A stretch of 56,860 nt of DNA, the filler included, from Porpidia crustulata (taxonomy: Eukaryota): assembly GCA_964255105.1 (NCBI GenBank). It is 3 parts of 3 records of this genome, joined end to end, with 100 filler letters (N's around TTAATTAATTAA, not from the genome) between each part and the next. Parts side by side here need not be neighbours in the genome. Positions count along the whole stretch, not along the records: positions 1 to 18,892 come from CAXUWE010000162.1; positions 18,993 to 37,880 come from CAXUWE010000163.1; 1 more part is not named here. One strand, 5' to 3'. The position numbers and the translations under genes are program-made. Shown here in pieces: positions 13,581-27,630 of the stretch (positions within the stretch are counted from its first letter, which is position 1; the number at the start of each line of letters is the position of its first letter). The notes beneath the pieces are model-generated. The model did not search any database. It saw only the letters and a program-made list of their open reading frames with translations, and had not been told where the DNA came from.

Positions 13581-14675
13581 AAACGGACTCAGATGGGGCA
13601 AAGTAGGATTTTCAACCTCTGAAAAGTATCAGCGCTTTCTCAATCTTTGTCGTTAAGGCTCAAGAGATGTTAGGCAGCGTATGCAGTCCAAAAGATGGGC
13701 TTGAGGGGAGAACCTGGTGACAGATCACTGGCACTCCCGAAGTCGACAGTACGGAAGCCTTCTGATAATGGAGCGTTGTACTAAGATGAGGCTTTGATGT
13801 TGTTCTTGAGCATCCTCGTTGAGAAGCCGTAACCAATTACCATCACCACCACCAGCTGTATAATCCATTTCAAACTGTCTTCAATCGGGTTATTGTCTCG
13901 CACGGTGATGCTAGTCCGGATACGGTTGGCCATCCTACTTCCTGCCCAACCCCTGCTTACGCTTATCTTGCTTGCCAGTGATACGCAGTTTCTGTTTCTG
14001 CAACTAAGGCGTAGACGCAAGTATCACTCAATTGTTGCTGTGGAATTCATTTCGTGAGGTCTGATTTTAATAGTAAGAGTAGAGTATTTGAGTACCTGGC
14101 TTTGGAGTAAGGTTAAGGGTTAAGGTCAGCCCGCTGCTGCGAAGCGCGATAAACTGCCCCCGCAAGCCAACTTCATCACCCCTCCCACTTCCGTCACTGT
14201 GGTTCAGGGTGACCCTCCGCGCATCCCCATACAACTCCAATTACTATCCACAAGATTTTTAGTCCTGGCACAGCACATCCGTCAGACCAAAGAGCATTTC
14301 TTTGCGTTGCGGAGATAGACTACAGCTTGGTGTCACCTTTTGCGCTTCTTGTGTCCGCTTCTGAAGCTGCATACTCCTCGAATGTGCATAATCTCCCGAC
14401 TCATACCTACAAATTTCTGCTGACAAGCCTTCGGAAAAAGGCGCCAGCTGAAGTTTCAAGTCCTTTGACATTGTGCCCAAGGTCCGAATCAGCTCTCACA
14501 ATAGGTGTTTGATCGTCATAATCACCAAGCTCTCGGACTTTACAAATCAATTCCTGTCAAGATCTCCAGAATAACTTCCTACACCTTCCGAAGAGCTTTG
14601 AGACTTAAAACCACCATCCTGGCAGGGAATAAGAGGAGGAGCTTCTCCTCGCAAGGAGGGGGTCTATTGAACAGA

Positions 14676-16536
14676 ATGTTTGGTAGCTCCACGAGCCCCA
14701 CCCGAGTCGCCAAAGATAGCGACATTACCATTGCCTCACATCCTCCCTCAAAACCAGCCACTGGTCCCGGCAGTATTCCAGACGGTCTCTCTTTCAAGCC
14801 CGTCGACGACAGTGGCGATAACGATGGTGATAAAAATGCCAGCGCAAGCGCACAATCGTCCGGGCGGAAATCCACCGACGATGTGACGCCAACCGTTGAG
14901 AAGAAGCGGAGAAGCAGTGGAGTAGCAAAAGCCAGTGCTTTTCTCTCAAATGCAAAGAACCATTTAATCTCCGGCTCGCCAGACAAGACTTCCATAGACA
15001 GTCCGCTCGTGCCGCAGGCCACTGCTATACAAAAGCTTGGGAAGACTGATCCAGCATTAAGCGTACCCCAAGGCTCGCTAAATAATTCAGCTGGCGAGTC
15101 GCGTCCTGGTCCACGGTCCACCTTCCGTGTCGGTGTGACAGAAGACAAGAACAAGAAATGCAGGCGGACTATGGAGGACACCCACGCTTACTTATACAAC
15201 TTTCTGAGTACACCGGCTCCAGTCATTGGATCAGATACGGACTCTATGGCGAAGAAATCTCATGAGTCAAAGGGGCCTCATGACTTGACCAACAGCATCT
15301 CGCAATCTTCGCATGTAGTTGAAACCGATAATGGCTATTTTGCTATATTTGACGGCCACGCAGGGACATTCGCAGCTGACTGGTGCGGAAAGAAGCTTCA
15401 TGTGCTTCTAGAAGACATGATACGGAAGTACCCTAATACGCCGATTCCGGAATTGCTGGATCAAACTTTCACGACTGTGGATCAACAGCTAGAAAAGTTA
15501 CCTTTGAAGAACAGTGGCTGCACGGCGATTTGTGCGGTCCTTAGGTGGGAAGATAGGATACCGAATTCTAAATCTGCCACAGGCTCTACCGCAATCGCAC
15601 CTGCCGCTGCCGCTGCAGTCAAGGCTGCAACAGAGTCAACAGCTGGGACAATCGGTTCTGAAATCTCACAGCATCTTGCGCCGCAGATCGAGGCCACAGC
15701 TACAAGCGCTGATCGATCAAGTACTATCCCTAAGCTGCAAGATTCTGCCACTAGACAACGTGTACTGTATACCGCAAATGTTGGAGACGCACGCATTGTT
15801 CTCTGTCGTAATGGGAAGGCCCTGAGATTATCATATGACCACAAGGGTAGTGATGAGAACGAAGGGAAACGGATTTCCAACGCTGGTGGTTTAATACTCA
15901 ACAACCGTGTCAATGGTGTCCTAGCCGTCACTCGAGCGTTGGGTGATGCCTACATGAAAGATCTAGTCACAGGGCACCCCTACACCACTGAGACGGTCAT
16001 ACAACCCGATATAGACGAATTTCTGATACTGGCCTGTGACGGGGTGAGTCAAGCTTCCAACCGCTCCAATCTATGTGAAGATTACTGACAATCAGATTTA
16101 GCTTTGGGATGTTTGCACCGACCAAGAGGCAGTCGACTTGGTCCGCCATACGTATGACCCTCAGCTTGGATCCAAACAGCTGGTGGACCATGCCCTTGCA
16201 CGCTTCTCAACTGATAATCTATCATGCATGCTTGTCCGATTTGACAACAAGGCAGTACAGCAGACAGTTGAGCGGCGAACGGAACCCATTGGCGTGGAAG
16301 GAGATCCCCCTTCTACTAAAATGGGCGGAATCAGCGAAGCCGATGCCATCATTAATGAGGCTAGAAAAAGTATGGGCGATGTCGGCAAATACGGCACGGA
16401 GAGCGAAGTGCTAGAGGATACTCAGAAAGGCCGGTTCAGCCAGCAGGCCATTGAAGAGGAGGAAGAGAAAGAGCCAGGACCGGAGCTCGATATCGAGGGA
16501 GGGATCAATGCCGCTATCGCAAGGCAAAAACCGTGA
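14676..16536 (+). CDS. PTC1: Type 2C protein phosphatase Ptc1 (intron 16044-16101)
   Basis: [70 protein letters not shown]. Confidence 0.95.
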
Positions 16537-17039
16537 GCGTTAGTTGAGTTTCGGCGTTAGAGCAGGAGCAGCCATCTGTGATCAGCTTGTGTTGGCAATT
16601 GTCTGGCGCATATGAAATGAATCACGTGAAGTGAGCTATATCGAGCATTCAAAAACTCGCGTTATCGCCAGCATTTTGCATCTTCTAGGGGGGCTTAGTT
16701 TAGGTCGCGATGTACATCTAGTGCTTTCAAGACAGAATCCGAAAGGCAATCATGCTGTGATCTGCGATCTTGGAAACGTATTTTGCGAGGTTGCTCTGGA
16801 CAGCTTGCTCTTGGTGCTGGCCGTTCTAATGTCTAGGTATCAAAGGTTCTCACATTCTGTCTCAAGCTAAGCTATATGCGGCGAGATCTCTCTTGGAGCT
16901 TTTGGGCTAAGCGCAGCCTTGAAAGGCGTAGCTCGCTTTGGCTCCAATGGGCTACCGGACTTTACCTATCACCCTATCTATGCAGCTGGAAAAAATAATT
17001 AAATCTTCATCACGCTCCCTATACTTAAGTTACTCTTCA

Positions 17040-18892
17040 ATGGCGACACATGCAGCAATGAGAGCCCCCGTGCTGACGACCTCGCATATGGCTGCGTCTA
17101 TATTCAATGCTACAGCTCGACGTACCTTGACCACTTCTGCTCGCTCTAGTAAGCTGCAAAGCTCATGCGCTCGAATTAAACTTCAAGCTCCGAGATCCAG
17201 CCTGCAGCAAGCTTTCAGACGCTCTTATGCCGAAACGCTCTCACCTCCGATCAAGCGGAGAGGCCGGGGCTTTTTCAGATGGACGTGGAGGTTGACGTAC
17301 TTGTCCGCACTCGGTGGAATGGGATGGCTAGGATACAGCATCTACACTCTAAGAACACCGCATGAACAGTTCAATCCCGATCCGTCAAAGAAAACCCTTG
17401 TCATCTTAGGTACGTGACTATTAATTGAAGCTATGTCGACCTTAATTGACCATTTCCAGGCACTGGCTGGGGCGCGGTATCACTTCTGAAGAAACTCGAC
17501 ACGGAAAACTACAATGTCATCGTCATCTCACCGCGTAATTTCTTCCTTTTCACCCCACTACTCCCGTCATGTACTACGGGAACAATCGAGCATCGCTCTA
17601 TCATGGAGCCGATTCGGAATATCCTGCGGCATAAGAAAGCTACCGTCAAGTACTACGAAGCCGATGCTACAAAGATAGACTACGAGAGAAAAGTCGTTTC
17701 TATCAATGATGAATCGGAGATCAAAGGCGATACTTCTACGACGGAGGTACCATTTGACATGCTTGTCGTTGGCGTTGGTGCAGAGAACGCCACCTTTGGT
17801 ATACCGGGTGTCAGAGAGCAGTAAGCAATTCAACTTGTTTCAATCTGAACCGAATTGACATATTTCAAGTTCATGCTTCTTGAAAGAGGTCGGCGATGCA
17901 CAGAAGATACGGAAGCGCATCATGGACTGCGTAGAGACGGCCAGTTTCAAGGATCAATCCCCCGAAGAACGAAAGCGCCTTCTACACATGGTCGTTGTCG
18001 GTGGAGGACCCACGGGGGTTGAATTTGCTGGCGAGCTCCAAGACTTCTTCCAGCAAGATCTCAAGAAATGGGTCCCTGAAATCACCGACGACTTCCATGT
18101 TACCCTCGTCGAGGCCCTTCCGAACGTTCTTCCCATGTTTTCCAAGCAATTAATCGACTACACCGAGTCCACCTTTAAAGAAGAATCTATAAGTATCCGC
18201 ACTAAAACTATGGTCAAAAAAGTCACCGACAAAACCATCGAAGCCGAGTTCACCCGCCCAGACGGCACGAAAGAAACCGAAATTCTCCCCTACGGCCTCC
18301 TTGTCTGGGCCACCGGCAACGCCCTGCGCCCCGTCGTCAAAGACCTCATGAGCCAAATTCCCGCTCAGAAAGATTCCCGCCGCGGCCTCTCCGTAAACGA
18401 ATATCTCGTCGTCAACGGCACCGAAAACATCTGGGCCGTCGGCGACTGCGCCATCGCCAACTACGCCCCCACGGCCCAAGTCGCCTCCCAGGAAGGCGCC
18501 TTCCTCGCCCGGCACTTCAACTACCTAGCCAAAACCGACACCATCAGCCCCCACTTGCGCGCCCTCTCCGACGCCCAGGCCAAAGCCCCGACCGCGGACG
18601 AGCGCAACGAGATCTTCGACCACATCAAAGCGCTGCAGAAATCCCTCCGCCGGGTCAAGCAGATCGGCCCGTTCGAGTACAGCCACCAGGGTAGCTTGGC
18701 GTACATCGGGTCCGAGAAGGCGGTGGCGGATATCAGCTGGCTGAGCGGGAATTTCGCGAGCGGGGGCGCGCTGACGTATCTGTTCTGGCGGAGCGCGTAT
18801 CTGAGCATGTGTTTTAGCACGCGGAATCGAGTGTTGGTTATTGTGGATTGGGTCAAGGCGAAGATGTTTGGGAGGGATGTTAGTCGGGAATG
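17040..18892 (+). CDS. NDE1: Mitochondrial external alternative NADH:ubiquinone oxidoreductase (NDH-2); stop codon at contig edge
   Basis: Presequence, VILG/TGWGA, FLFTPLLPS, VVVGGGPTGVEFAGEL, WAVGDCA, PTAQVASQEG, LFWRSAYL, FGRDVSRE followed by TG[N]. Introns ~17410-17459 and ~17821-17869. Confidence 0.93.
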
Positions 18893-18992
18893 NNNNNNNN
18901 NNNNNNNNNNNNNNNNNNNNNNNNNNNNNNNNNNNNTTAATTAATTAANNNNNNNNNNNNNNNNNNNNNNNNNNNNNNNNNNNNNNNNNNNN
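18893..18992. other. Artificial contig spacer (N-run with TTAATTAATTAA at 18937-18948)
   Basis: 100-bp N block with a linker that places stops in all six frames; identical to the block at 37881-37980. Confidence 0.98.
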
Positions 18993-19267
18993 TTGGCGTA
19001 AAAAGTGGTATGGGGATTTGGGACGGGTGGTATAGGGAGTGCGTGGGATTGGATTCGTGCGTACGAATGGGTTGGGATGCATTATTATGACTTCAAAATA
19101 GACGAAGAGAGAAAAAGGGATCAGATCAAAAATCTGGGTATACGACGTTCATCATAGCGCTTCATTACCCGTGCTTCTAATTAAGGATTAAAGTGCCTCA
19201 AGTCCCTAGGACGAGGTTGCGCCAGACCTATCTATACCCACGCTCATTGGCAATAACCTTGATATCA

Positions 19268-20662
19268 TCACAAAACCCCAATGACGCATACTAAACTGGC
19301 GATTCCCGCCGTCCATAGGTACGTCCAAGCGTAGCTCTCCTGTAGACTGTTTGCGCCTCCGATGAAGGGCGCAAGACTACCGGTATATCCCCCACTACCT
19401 GTCGGCAACACGATTGTCGTCCCGTTGCCTGTCAACGTGAGGTTTCCAGGTATGTACGGCAACGCCACGGGATTCGCAGCTAGTGTGATGGTAGACGAGC
19501 CAGAACCGTAGACGAATTTCGGGGCGTTGGTGACAGAGGCATAGGAGGTGGTGGAGGAGATGGTGGAGGTAGAGGAGCTGATGACGGTGGAGGTGAACGT
19601 TGTGGAGGGGAGTGTAGCGGTCAGGGTTGTGAGGATGGACGTCAGGGTGGTGAGACTGACCGAGGCAGCGGTAGATGACGGAATGGTTGTCTGCTGCTTG
19701 TGTTAGTTGGGTGGGGACATGTCGGTTGTAGAAAACGTCATGTGGGTGAACTACGAAAGGTGGGTTTCAGGAGACACTTGCTAAAGGAGCAACTCACAGG
19801 TGCTAGACTCATGGCTGCGGCCAAGGAGACGCTAGAACGGATGGTAGTCGTCGTCATTGTGATGTTTTTGACTTGTACCAAAGCAGTCGGTACAATGATT
19901 TCACCTCCTCCGGAGCAAGTCGAAAAGCTCAAAAAGTTGATGAACGATTGTTCTCCTGCGGCATCTAGAGTGACTTGGCCATCGGCTGAAGGCAGTGTTT
20001 GGGTGAATGCCGAAGATAGTATATAGGGTGTACCAGACGTTGTAACACAAGCGCCATTCGACATATATGCCGACGTGATCGAGTACGCGCTAAATACATT
20101 ATACGGAGTCGGCGAGGTTCTGGTTATTGTCAGTCTTGGACAATCGATCACACATGGTACTTTGCATACAATATTGCCCCGGCTACGGTAACAGTTGACT
20201 CGTAATGGATCTGAGTCAAGGCAAGCGGTGGACTTCCCATGGCTGTCGCCATGCTCGGATTGAAGGTGAATTGAACGTCATTCGCGATGAGCGACGTGCT
20301 CGTGACCCTGCTGCCATTCCCGACGCCCACGTTCACGACGGCGGTCGCGCCAGTATTGATAAAAATCTCCGAATACCATACGAGTCCCGCGACATCGGCT
20401 ACGATATAGCAACCACCGCACGGTGGAGCGCTGCTGGAAGGTCCATTCAGATCGGGAAGAGCTGAGGCGTGAATATCAGCTGACGCGGTTGGGGCTGTTT
20501 CATTGCAGTTCGGTATTAGCCTTGCGCAGTCAAATGTGTGTCCAGTCGGCGTGTAAAAATAGACTCACCTTGCGGCACACCAAGTACCTGTTGATGCAGC
20601 ACAGCTACGGCAACGACAATAGAGCGCAGCCTCGCAGCAATTTGGTATTTAAGAAACGACAT
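19268..20662 (-). CDS. Secreted Ser/Thr-rich, probably GPI-anchored cell-wall protein (multi-exon)
   Basis: N-terminal signal-like MSFLKYQIAARLRSIVVAVAVLHQQVLGVPQ; exon 2 PPCGGCYIVADVAGLVWYSE; S/T-rich stalk; hydrophobic C-terminus PFIGGANSLQESYAWTYLWTAGIASLVCVIGVL*. Confidence 0.75.
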
Positions 20663-22302
20663 GGCTCAACGAAAGTGTTAATTGACGGCGCACGGGTAAG
20701 CAACAACAGTATATATGGGCCGCGACCATCTGTTTAATGCCTGAGAGGGATCAGCATCCACGTACGAGTAAGGAAGCAGGTACTGTACTCCGCACAATCC
20801 AACCCTTCCCGGTCGGCTTCAAGCAGGGTAGTAAGTAGCATCGGAGGTGACGAAAGCCATACGCCATGAACGGCCATTACGATTTTGGTCGGATCGATGT
20901 ACGTAGCCTCGACCTCGTCCCAAGTGGGCCATGAGCTGCAGTCAGGCCCAGTCACCGGACCGCTTGTGCACATCGTTGTCGCGGAGCACGAGCAGGAATA
21001 GGAGCATCCACCATCTGCACTGGCGTTGTAGGCTTACAGCAAAAGCAATGCCGAACATTCTAAGTGGACGAATTGCGTGGCTCGAAAGCGGATGATTTCA
21101 CAAGCTTGCGATGCACTGCTGTCGGTTGGAAGTGCCACCGCCAACTTCGCGAATGATCATTGGGAGCAAATGCGCCATTTTCGTGGGCTGGTGGAATATG
21201 TACAGGCGAAGGAAGCTTGGTACTGCAGCATGGGCACATAGCTCAGGATTACTAGGGAGGTGATAGGGTAGGGCGTGATAAGTAGATAACGATAGGTAGC
21301 GGGGTCTTGCGTGGAGGGGAGATCTGAAGGATTCGATTTCTCGTGCTACAACTCATTGGTCGTTCACATCAAGGATCACACGCTGCCTTCAAAGTCAGAG
21401 CCCCATTTCCTGTTCATCTAGGTACCTTCTTACCCACCTTCCTTCCTTTTTTACCGACGCATCTCCAAACTGCGCAGTTGCTGACTTTATCTAGCGTTGG
21501 ATGTTGTGCGACCTCACCTTCCTACCCCGCTTTCCATCTCAAGCTCTCAGCCTTGCCTCAGCGTTGTTCTAGTGCAGTCCATGACTCAGGTTGTCGTTTC
21601 CATCAAGCATGTCAAGAGGCTGCTTGGCATCCTGTCGACCAGATTAAATAGCCTGTTGTTGGACACTGGTGGACGATGGTGCCTGGGAGGCTGGTGGGTA
21701 AGTACGGCGCTATTGTCGAAGTGGAACTCCTATGGATGTGTCAGACAGCGCCCGGAAGGGAACGAGGCAATCAAGTCATCCACACCTAGCTACTCTTGTC
21801 GTCGATGGTAATAGTCTGTCAGCAAGTTGCACACGATGAACGGGACTATAGGACTGCCAAGGGCAGGCTTTGCCGTGATGTGACTGCTTCCAAACTAAGA
21901 GGGTGTTCGAAGGAATCTCATAGGATCAGCCACGCAGAAGCTTCGATACGTAGTTGCACCACATGGAGTAGTGTCAGAAAAGCTGCATGATTCCGCAAGA
22001 CCCCGTTTTGCACAGTGTCGGTGAGAGCAAAGTCTGGGCCCCTCCCTCTGTGGGACTGCGGTTGGATCTGCCCCAAATACTGTGCAAGAGCCTCTTCTTC
22101 ACCATATCCTTGCCCTCGAACTGTTGATACCTCTTGTGGTGCGTACGTGCGCAGTCTTGCGTGAGAATTGTTTCGTCGATCATTGCGACTTCTATGACTT
22201 GATATAAAATTTTCTTGGATATTTCCCTCGTCTTTCGCTTCCGCTCAATCCTAAACCGCTTACTTCAGCCTTATTTCGTATTCATCCGCGTAGATTCTCA
22301 AT

Positions 22303-24737
22303 ATGCCGACCGAAGCTGCGCCGATCATTGTAACTGCAAGCGGTAACTTGTATGTCAAGGATCAACTTCAATCCGTGGGATGTCCCTACTGAACGATACA
22401 AATACTGACCTTGTTCAAAACTCTAGCCAAGGTAACGATGGCTCTTGGTCAACTTTGAATATCAGTGTTGGGACGCCTCCCCAGTATGCGCAAGTGATCG
22501 CCTCAACCGAGACACCAGAGACATGGGTTGTCGGTGTGAACGGCTGCTTGTCCATGGATCCGTCAAATTGCACGGTAAACCGTGGTGGGACGTTCGACAA
22601 GATCAAATCCTCAAGTTGGATTACCAAGGCACCTTATCTCCTTGAGGCAGAGAGCAATCTGGGCTACACATCGAATAATGATACTGGCGGCTACGGATTT
22701 GACACGATCGGCATTGGAAAACCTGGAGCTGGGAATGTCTCCGTGGATGGCCAAGTAGTAGCAGAAGTCCTGACCAAAGACTTCTACGTTGGAACCTTAG
22801 GTCTTGCTTCTCGACCAATGATCTTTGGGTCCGACAACGACCCGCATCCCAGCTTGATAAGCTCGCTTCAGAATAGAAGTCTCATTCCAAGCCTTGCGTA
22901 TGGCTTCGCGGCTGGAGCATCGTATCGTAAGTGGCGCTCCTATTGATGTGATGTTCATAATTAAGAACATTTCATATAGGTAATGCGGACACCAGCTTGA
23001 CCCTCGGCGGTTATGATGCCTCCAGGTTCATACCCAACGATGTTAGCTTTTCATTTGGTCCACAATCCACCCGGCAGCTGGTCGTCGGCCTGAAGGCCAT
23101 CTCTTATAGCGACGCGAAGAAAACAGACTCACCACTTTTGCAGACGGGAATCCTAACGCTTCTGGACTCATTGACCCCTCAAATATGGCTCCCCTTGGAT
23201 GCATGCCAATTGTTTGAAAAAGCCTTTGGGATTGTATATGATCCAATCCCAAACCTTTACCTCATAAACCAAACAGTGCACGATCAACTCTTGCAGCAGA
23301 ATGCGAGTGTGACTTTCGAGTTATCGAACACTCTGAACGGAGGCCCTTCGGTCCAAATTATATTACCGTATGCGAGTTTCGATCTCGAAATCGGTCCGCC
23401 ATTCACAAAAAGCGTCTCAAAATACTTCCCCCTTCGTCGCGCGGCGGACGGAAATCAGTATACCCTAGGTCGAACTTTCTTACAAGAAGCGTCAGTTCCA
23501 CAAGTTCCTCTGGTGTCGCACGATAAAATTTAAGCTGATATTTACTAGTTACTTGATTGTAAATTATGAGACCTTAAACTTCTCAGTATCGCAATCGACG
23601 TACAGTCAAAGCACACCGCCACATATCGTGCCCATACCAGCAACTAACAGCACAGCCGAGAGCGCTCCCCCAACTACAAGCCCGGGGCAGCCACAAGTGT
23701 CAGTTTCAACCGGCCACGGCTCCCAATCTTTAGGGATCGGAGCCATAGCGGGTATTGTGGTTGCTCTAGTCGGGATCACATTGATTTGCGGGGCCGTTAT
23801 ATTCTATTGTAGGCCCTCACGACGTCGTCGTAGAAAATCTGTCGAGGCTCCGGCATATATCATCACACCCAAGGATGCATTCGAGGTGCAAGGATCTCAC
23901 TTTTCTAACACCACGGCTAAGGATAAAATCGTCGATATCATTCAAGAAGAAAAGGATAGTCCTATGACCCCTCCAGATGAGCGATCAGGATACGAATTGG
24001 ACGCGGGACGTGCACTACCTTCGGAGTTGGGGAGCCCGATACCTGAACTACCGTCGCCGGGCCATGAGCCGCCGACCTTTGAGCTGGCATCGCCAGAGAC
24101 TGTGCCACGAAGAATAGCGCCAGATCCAAGTCCGATAGCGCCATCAATTACAGCAATCCGATCATCATACAGAAACGAGTGGAATCAATCAGGAACACCG
24201 TCGCCAGAATCCGAGTTCACAAGTGCGCCCTCGCCAGATTCGGCAGCTGCATCGCCAAGTATCAAGAGAATTTCTAGGAGACCGACATACCCGAGACAGG
24301 ATTCGCTGGGTGCCGAACCTGTGTTGTCCTCGGCGGCGAGACCAGCGACGAGACCAGCGGCGAACCCTGTGCAACCACGAGGCGATTCGATGTACTTCGA
24401 AAGCGGACGGACACCAGATGCCATGCAATCGAGCCCGCTCCCTAATCGGACCGGCTCATCAAACTTTGGTCAATGGTCAGGAACATCAACCGGAAGATCT
24501 ATGCACGGAAGAGTCCAGTCTAAGGACTCGATTGATTCGTTCGATACAAGGTTAGAGCACGGTAGCCCGTCAGGGACCTATTCTGGGACCCCGCGAGTAC
24601 AAGCGTCACCATCCCCACTCCAAGAGTATCACAGTCACGAAGAGCTGCGATCGGCCATGTCGTCGCCGGAACTAGGTTCGGAGAAATCGGGCCTAATGTC
24701 GCCGCCACCATTACTCAAAAGGTTTGAAGACTCTTGA
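22303..24737 (+). CDS. Pepsin-fold (peptidase A1-like) protein with one TM helix and a long Ser/Pro-rich cytoplasmic tail; catalytic dyad degenerate
   Basis: GNDGSWSTLNISVGTPPQ, GTLGLA, LIPSLAYGFAAGASY, SLTLGGYDASRF, LLDSLTPQIWLP, YFPLRRA..QYTLGRTFLQEA/YLIVNYE; TM GAIAGIVVALVGITLICGAVIFY followed by RRRRRK; three introns. Confidence 0.85.
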
Positions 24738-26280
24738 GAGCAATCTGATCTGTTCAGGCCCTGATGGGAGTGATGCGCGGGTACAATCATCGATGTGTTA
24801 CTTCAGCTCTAGCTTCTTGTTATTAATACTCTTTATGATTTCTAATGATGGATGATGGGTCTAGGTAGGTGATCGGGTATAATCAGGTATGATACTACGG
24901 TGTAAGGTCGGGAACGCACGGGTCTAGAACAGGGCAATCATTCGACCACGGCTCTGGTACGGCGAACTTTATTCAATGGGTGGCACATGGCAAAAAGGGG
25001 ATCGGGTTTGTCGTGCCTGGCGTGGGTTTATGATTTGACTTCGCAACGATTTGTATATGGTGGAAGGCCCGGACACTGCCGCGTCTTGGCCTGCCACACT
25101 CCGATCTAGCACGATTTTGCCGATGTATTTACATAGGACTCGCCGAATCTTCGCAGGGCATCGCCACCTTTTCGAAAACTTTAGGTAATCGTATTTTGTC
25201 CCTTGCACCAAAAATGGAAATTTCCCCTGCAGAGCATTTGAAGTTAGCGTCCGACTACCTTCCGCTGCCCTAACGAGTTAGCATAGTATTAGCGTGGTGG
25301 GGAAATAGCCTTTGGTCTTCTTTGGGACGTCGAAAAATGTCGTGGAAAGTGAAAAGGCCTGGCAGCCTCGTGTTCGCAAATCCACCCTCGGCACTGGAAA
25401 CCTACGTGAAAAGTTCGACTGTGGGCCGTCTCCATGGGTGAAGTAGCAAAGACAAGTATGTGCTCGTGGCACAGGTGTCCATCGTCGAAACTGCTCTTGC
25501 TAAGGTACAATTGTCTCTTATTACCTCAAGAGCTATGGATCTGAAGAGGTCAAATGGCCATATGCTCATCTCACCTACAGCTTTGATGACGACAACAGTA
25601 CTGGATAGCACAGCCACGATAACTCCCATCAGCTTCGATTGTAGCCATGAGTGCTAGTTCAGCCTCCGAAGTCAAGGACACCCCCAAGTGGGATGGACCA
25701 ATGAGAGCCTTCAAGAATGACGCTACCTACTACGTTCCTCTTGGTCTGAAGTTTGTATGAAATAGACTGAGCCTCTGAGTCATTTTCGATACAGAATGAC
25801 TTTATTGCCAATTTCGCAGTCAAGATTCCACTCAGTAGTGTTGGCCTGAGATTTGAAGTCTTCTAGATTCGCAGAGCCGATGGTCGGTTCCTGGCACTAT
25901 ACTGAATACGGAAGCAATGTACTATGACCGAACCTTCTATGCGTCCATCTTACTCTTTCCTGGCCATCTAGAAGTCAGCACCTCTCTTTAACTGTCAATA
26001 GCCAAACGTGTATGCTCAACACGGCGTTGGGAGGCTAGTTCCTACTGGTGCATCATATCGGGATTTATGTACAAGATGTCTAGACTGTTAAGATGTGGAA
26101 AGCTTCATGATAGTAATGCCCTTGACTAGAGTTTGTGGTATCTATATAGTTGTCCATTTCCTCATCTCTAAATCCAACATCAAGTCCTTCGCTCCATCAT
26201 CAACACGCTCGTTTTCAGCAAGTGACGAATCCTTGCACTTCAGTCCTTTACTCATTCTATCAAGGAATTTCATTCAACAG

Positions 26281-27630
26281 ATGGCTTCTCTCTTTGTTGT
26301 TGCCGCCCTGGCTGGGTTGGCAGCTGCTTCTCCGGCTGCTCAAGCTTTTGACCTAGGCGTCATCGGAGCCGCACCCATTCCAACTGTGACCGCTGCTCCC
26401 CTTGCATCTCTCCTCGACACCATTTCTTACAGCCCAGCGGACGCCACAGTTCTGGGATCCTCAGTGGCCAATGCCGTAGGAACCGCTGCCGCCAAGGTTA
26501 AGCGTGACGACGGTGGATGCTGGGGCTACGGGGGATGGGGCCCAAAACCCTCGACCTCGAAATCCATTTCGTACTACCCTTCCCCCACGCCAACCAAGTC
26601 TCAATCGCAGACTTCTGGTACAGCCACGACCAGCTCTTCCACATCATGCCCCACCACTCCTGAAGCTGGTACATACTGTGGATTCATTAATCCTGAAGAC
26701 CCTTGCGCTCCTCAGCCAGATGGTTAGTCCATCTGAGACCCCGTCAATGAGCTCTACTGACCCAATCCAGGCTATGGCCCACAAGTCTCTCCAGATACCG
26801 TTGAAGCCTTTGAAGCCTACCCCCAATTCCACTACCTCGCCAAATCTGTGAGAACCCCCTACGGTTACGCGGAAACCTTCGCCGATCTCAACGCCTCCGT
26901 CTCTGCAAATTCATATCTCGGTCTGCACACCTTGTCGAGCTACAGTGCTCAAGACTGCTCCGCATGGTGTGATAACACCACCCTTTGCACGGCCTTCAAC
27001 CTCTACATCGAGCGCGACCCAAGCCTGAATCCCAGCACCAATTGCACCCAGCCCTCCTCGATCACAAACTTCAAGTGCACGCTCTGGGGCTCCGGCGTCG
27101 AGCCCGCTGCCGCTAACAACTTTGGTGGCTACCGCGGAGATTTCCACGTTGTCATCGCTGGCTCCAATGGCTACGAAAAGACCAACAATACCCTCCCCGC
27201 CGCCCCTCCAGGCTGTGGAGCGCCGACTCAGTGCCCCAAGGGCGCCATCAACGACCCTAAGCACTGTATGGGCACCAAGTTCTTCCCAGGGCCCTTTGAC
27301 GTCAACGTCTGCAGCGGCTACGCCTTGGGCCAGAATGACTACAACAAGAAGCACAGCAGTTACAAGGCGGGCAACAGCAAGTGCGAGTCCTTTAACGCAT
27401 ACATGGTCAAGGAGGACGGTGTCGCCAAGGGCACGTACTGCGCGCTGTACGACCAAGTTTATGACTCCAACAGCTGCAGCTACCAACCGGGTTGGATGCA
27501 GGGACACTACTACGGCGTCGAGAGTTCGTGCACTTACACCGTTGGTGAGGGCAAGGACGGGAGCTCCGAGGATAACAGCGGGGATTCCTCTTCGAAGAAA
27601 GGGAAATCGGGATCCGAGGGCGGTGACTAG
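26281..27630 (+). CDS. Secreted Cys-rich fungal protein, possibly PAN/Apple-like or carbohydrate-binding (intron 26723-26770)
   Basis: Signal peptide MASLFVVAALAGLAAA; dibasic KR site (KVKRDD); CSAWCDNTTLCTAFNLYIERDP...NFKCTLWG; second Cys-rich module C..FNAY....GTYCALY. Splicing joins ORFs 26095 and 26848 in frame. Confidence 0.8.

Noticed and set aside
14108..14127. TAAGGTTAAGGGTTAAGG resembling a telomeric repeat
   Set aside because: Not a TTAGGG array; too short and internal.
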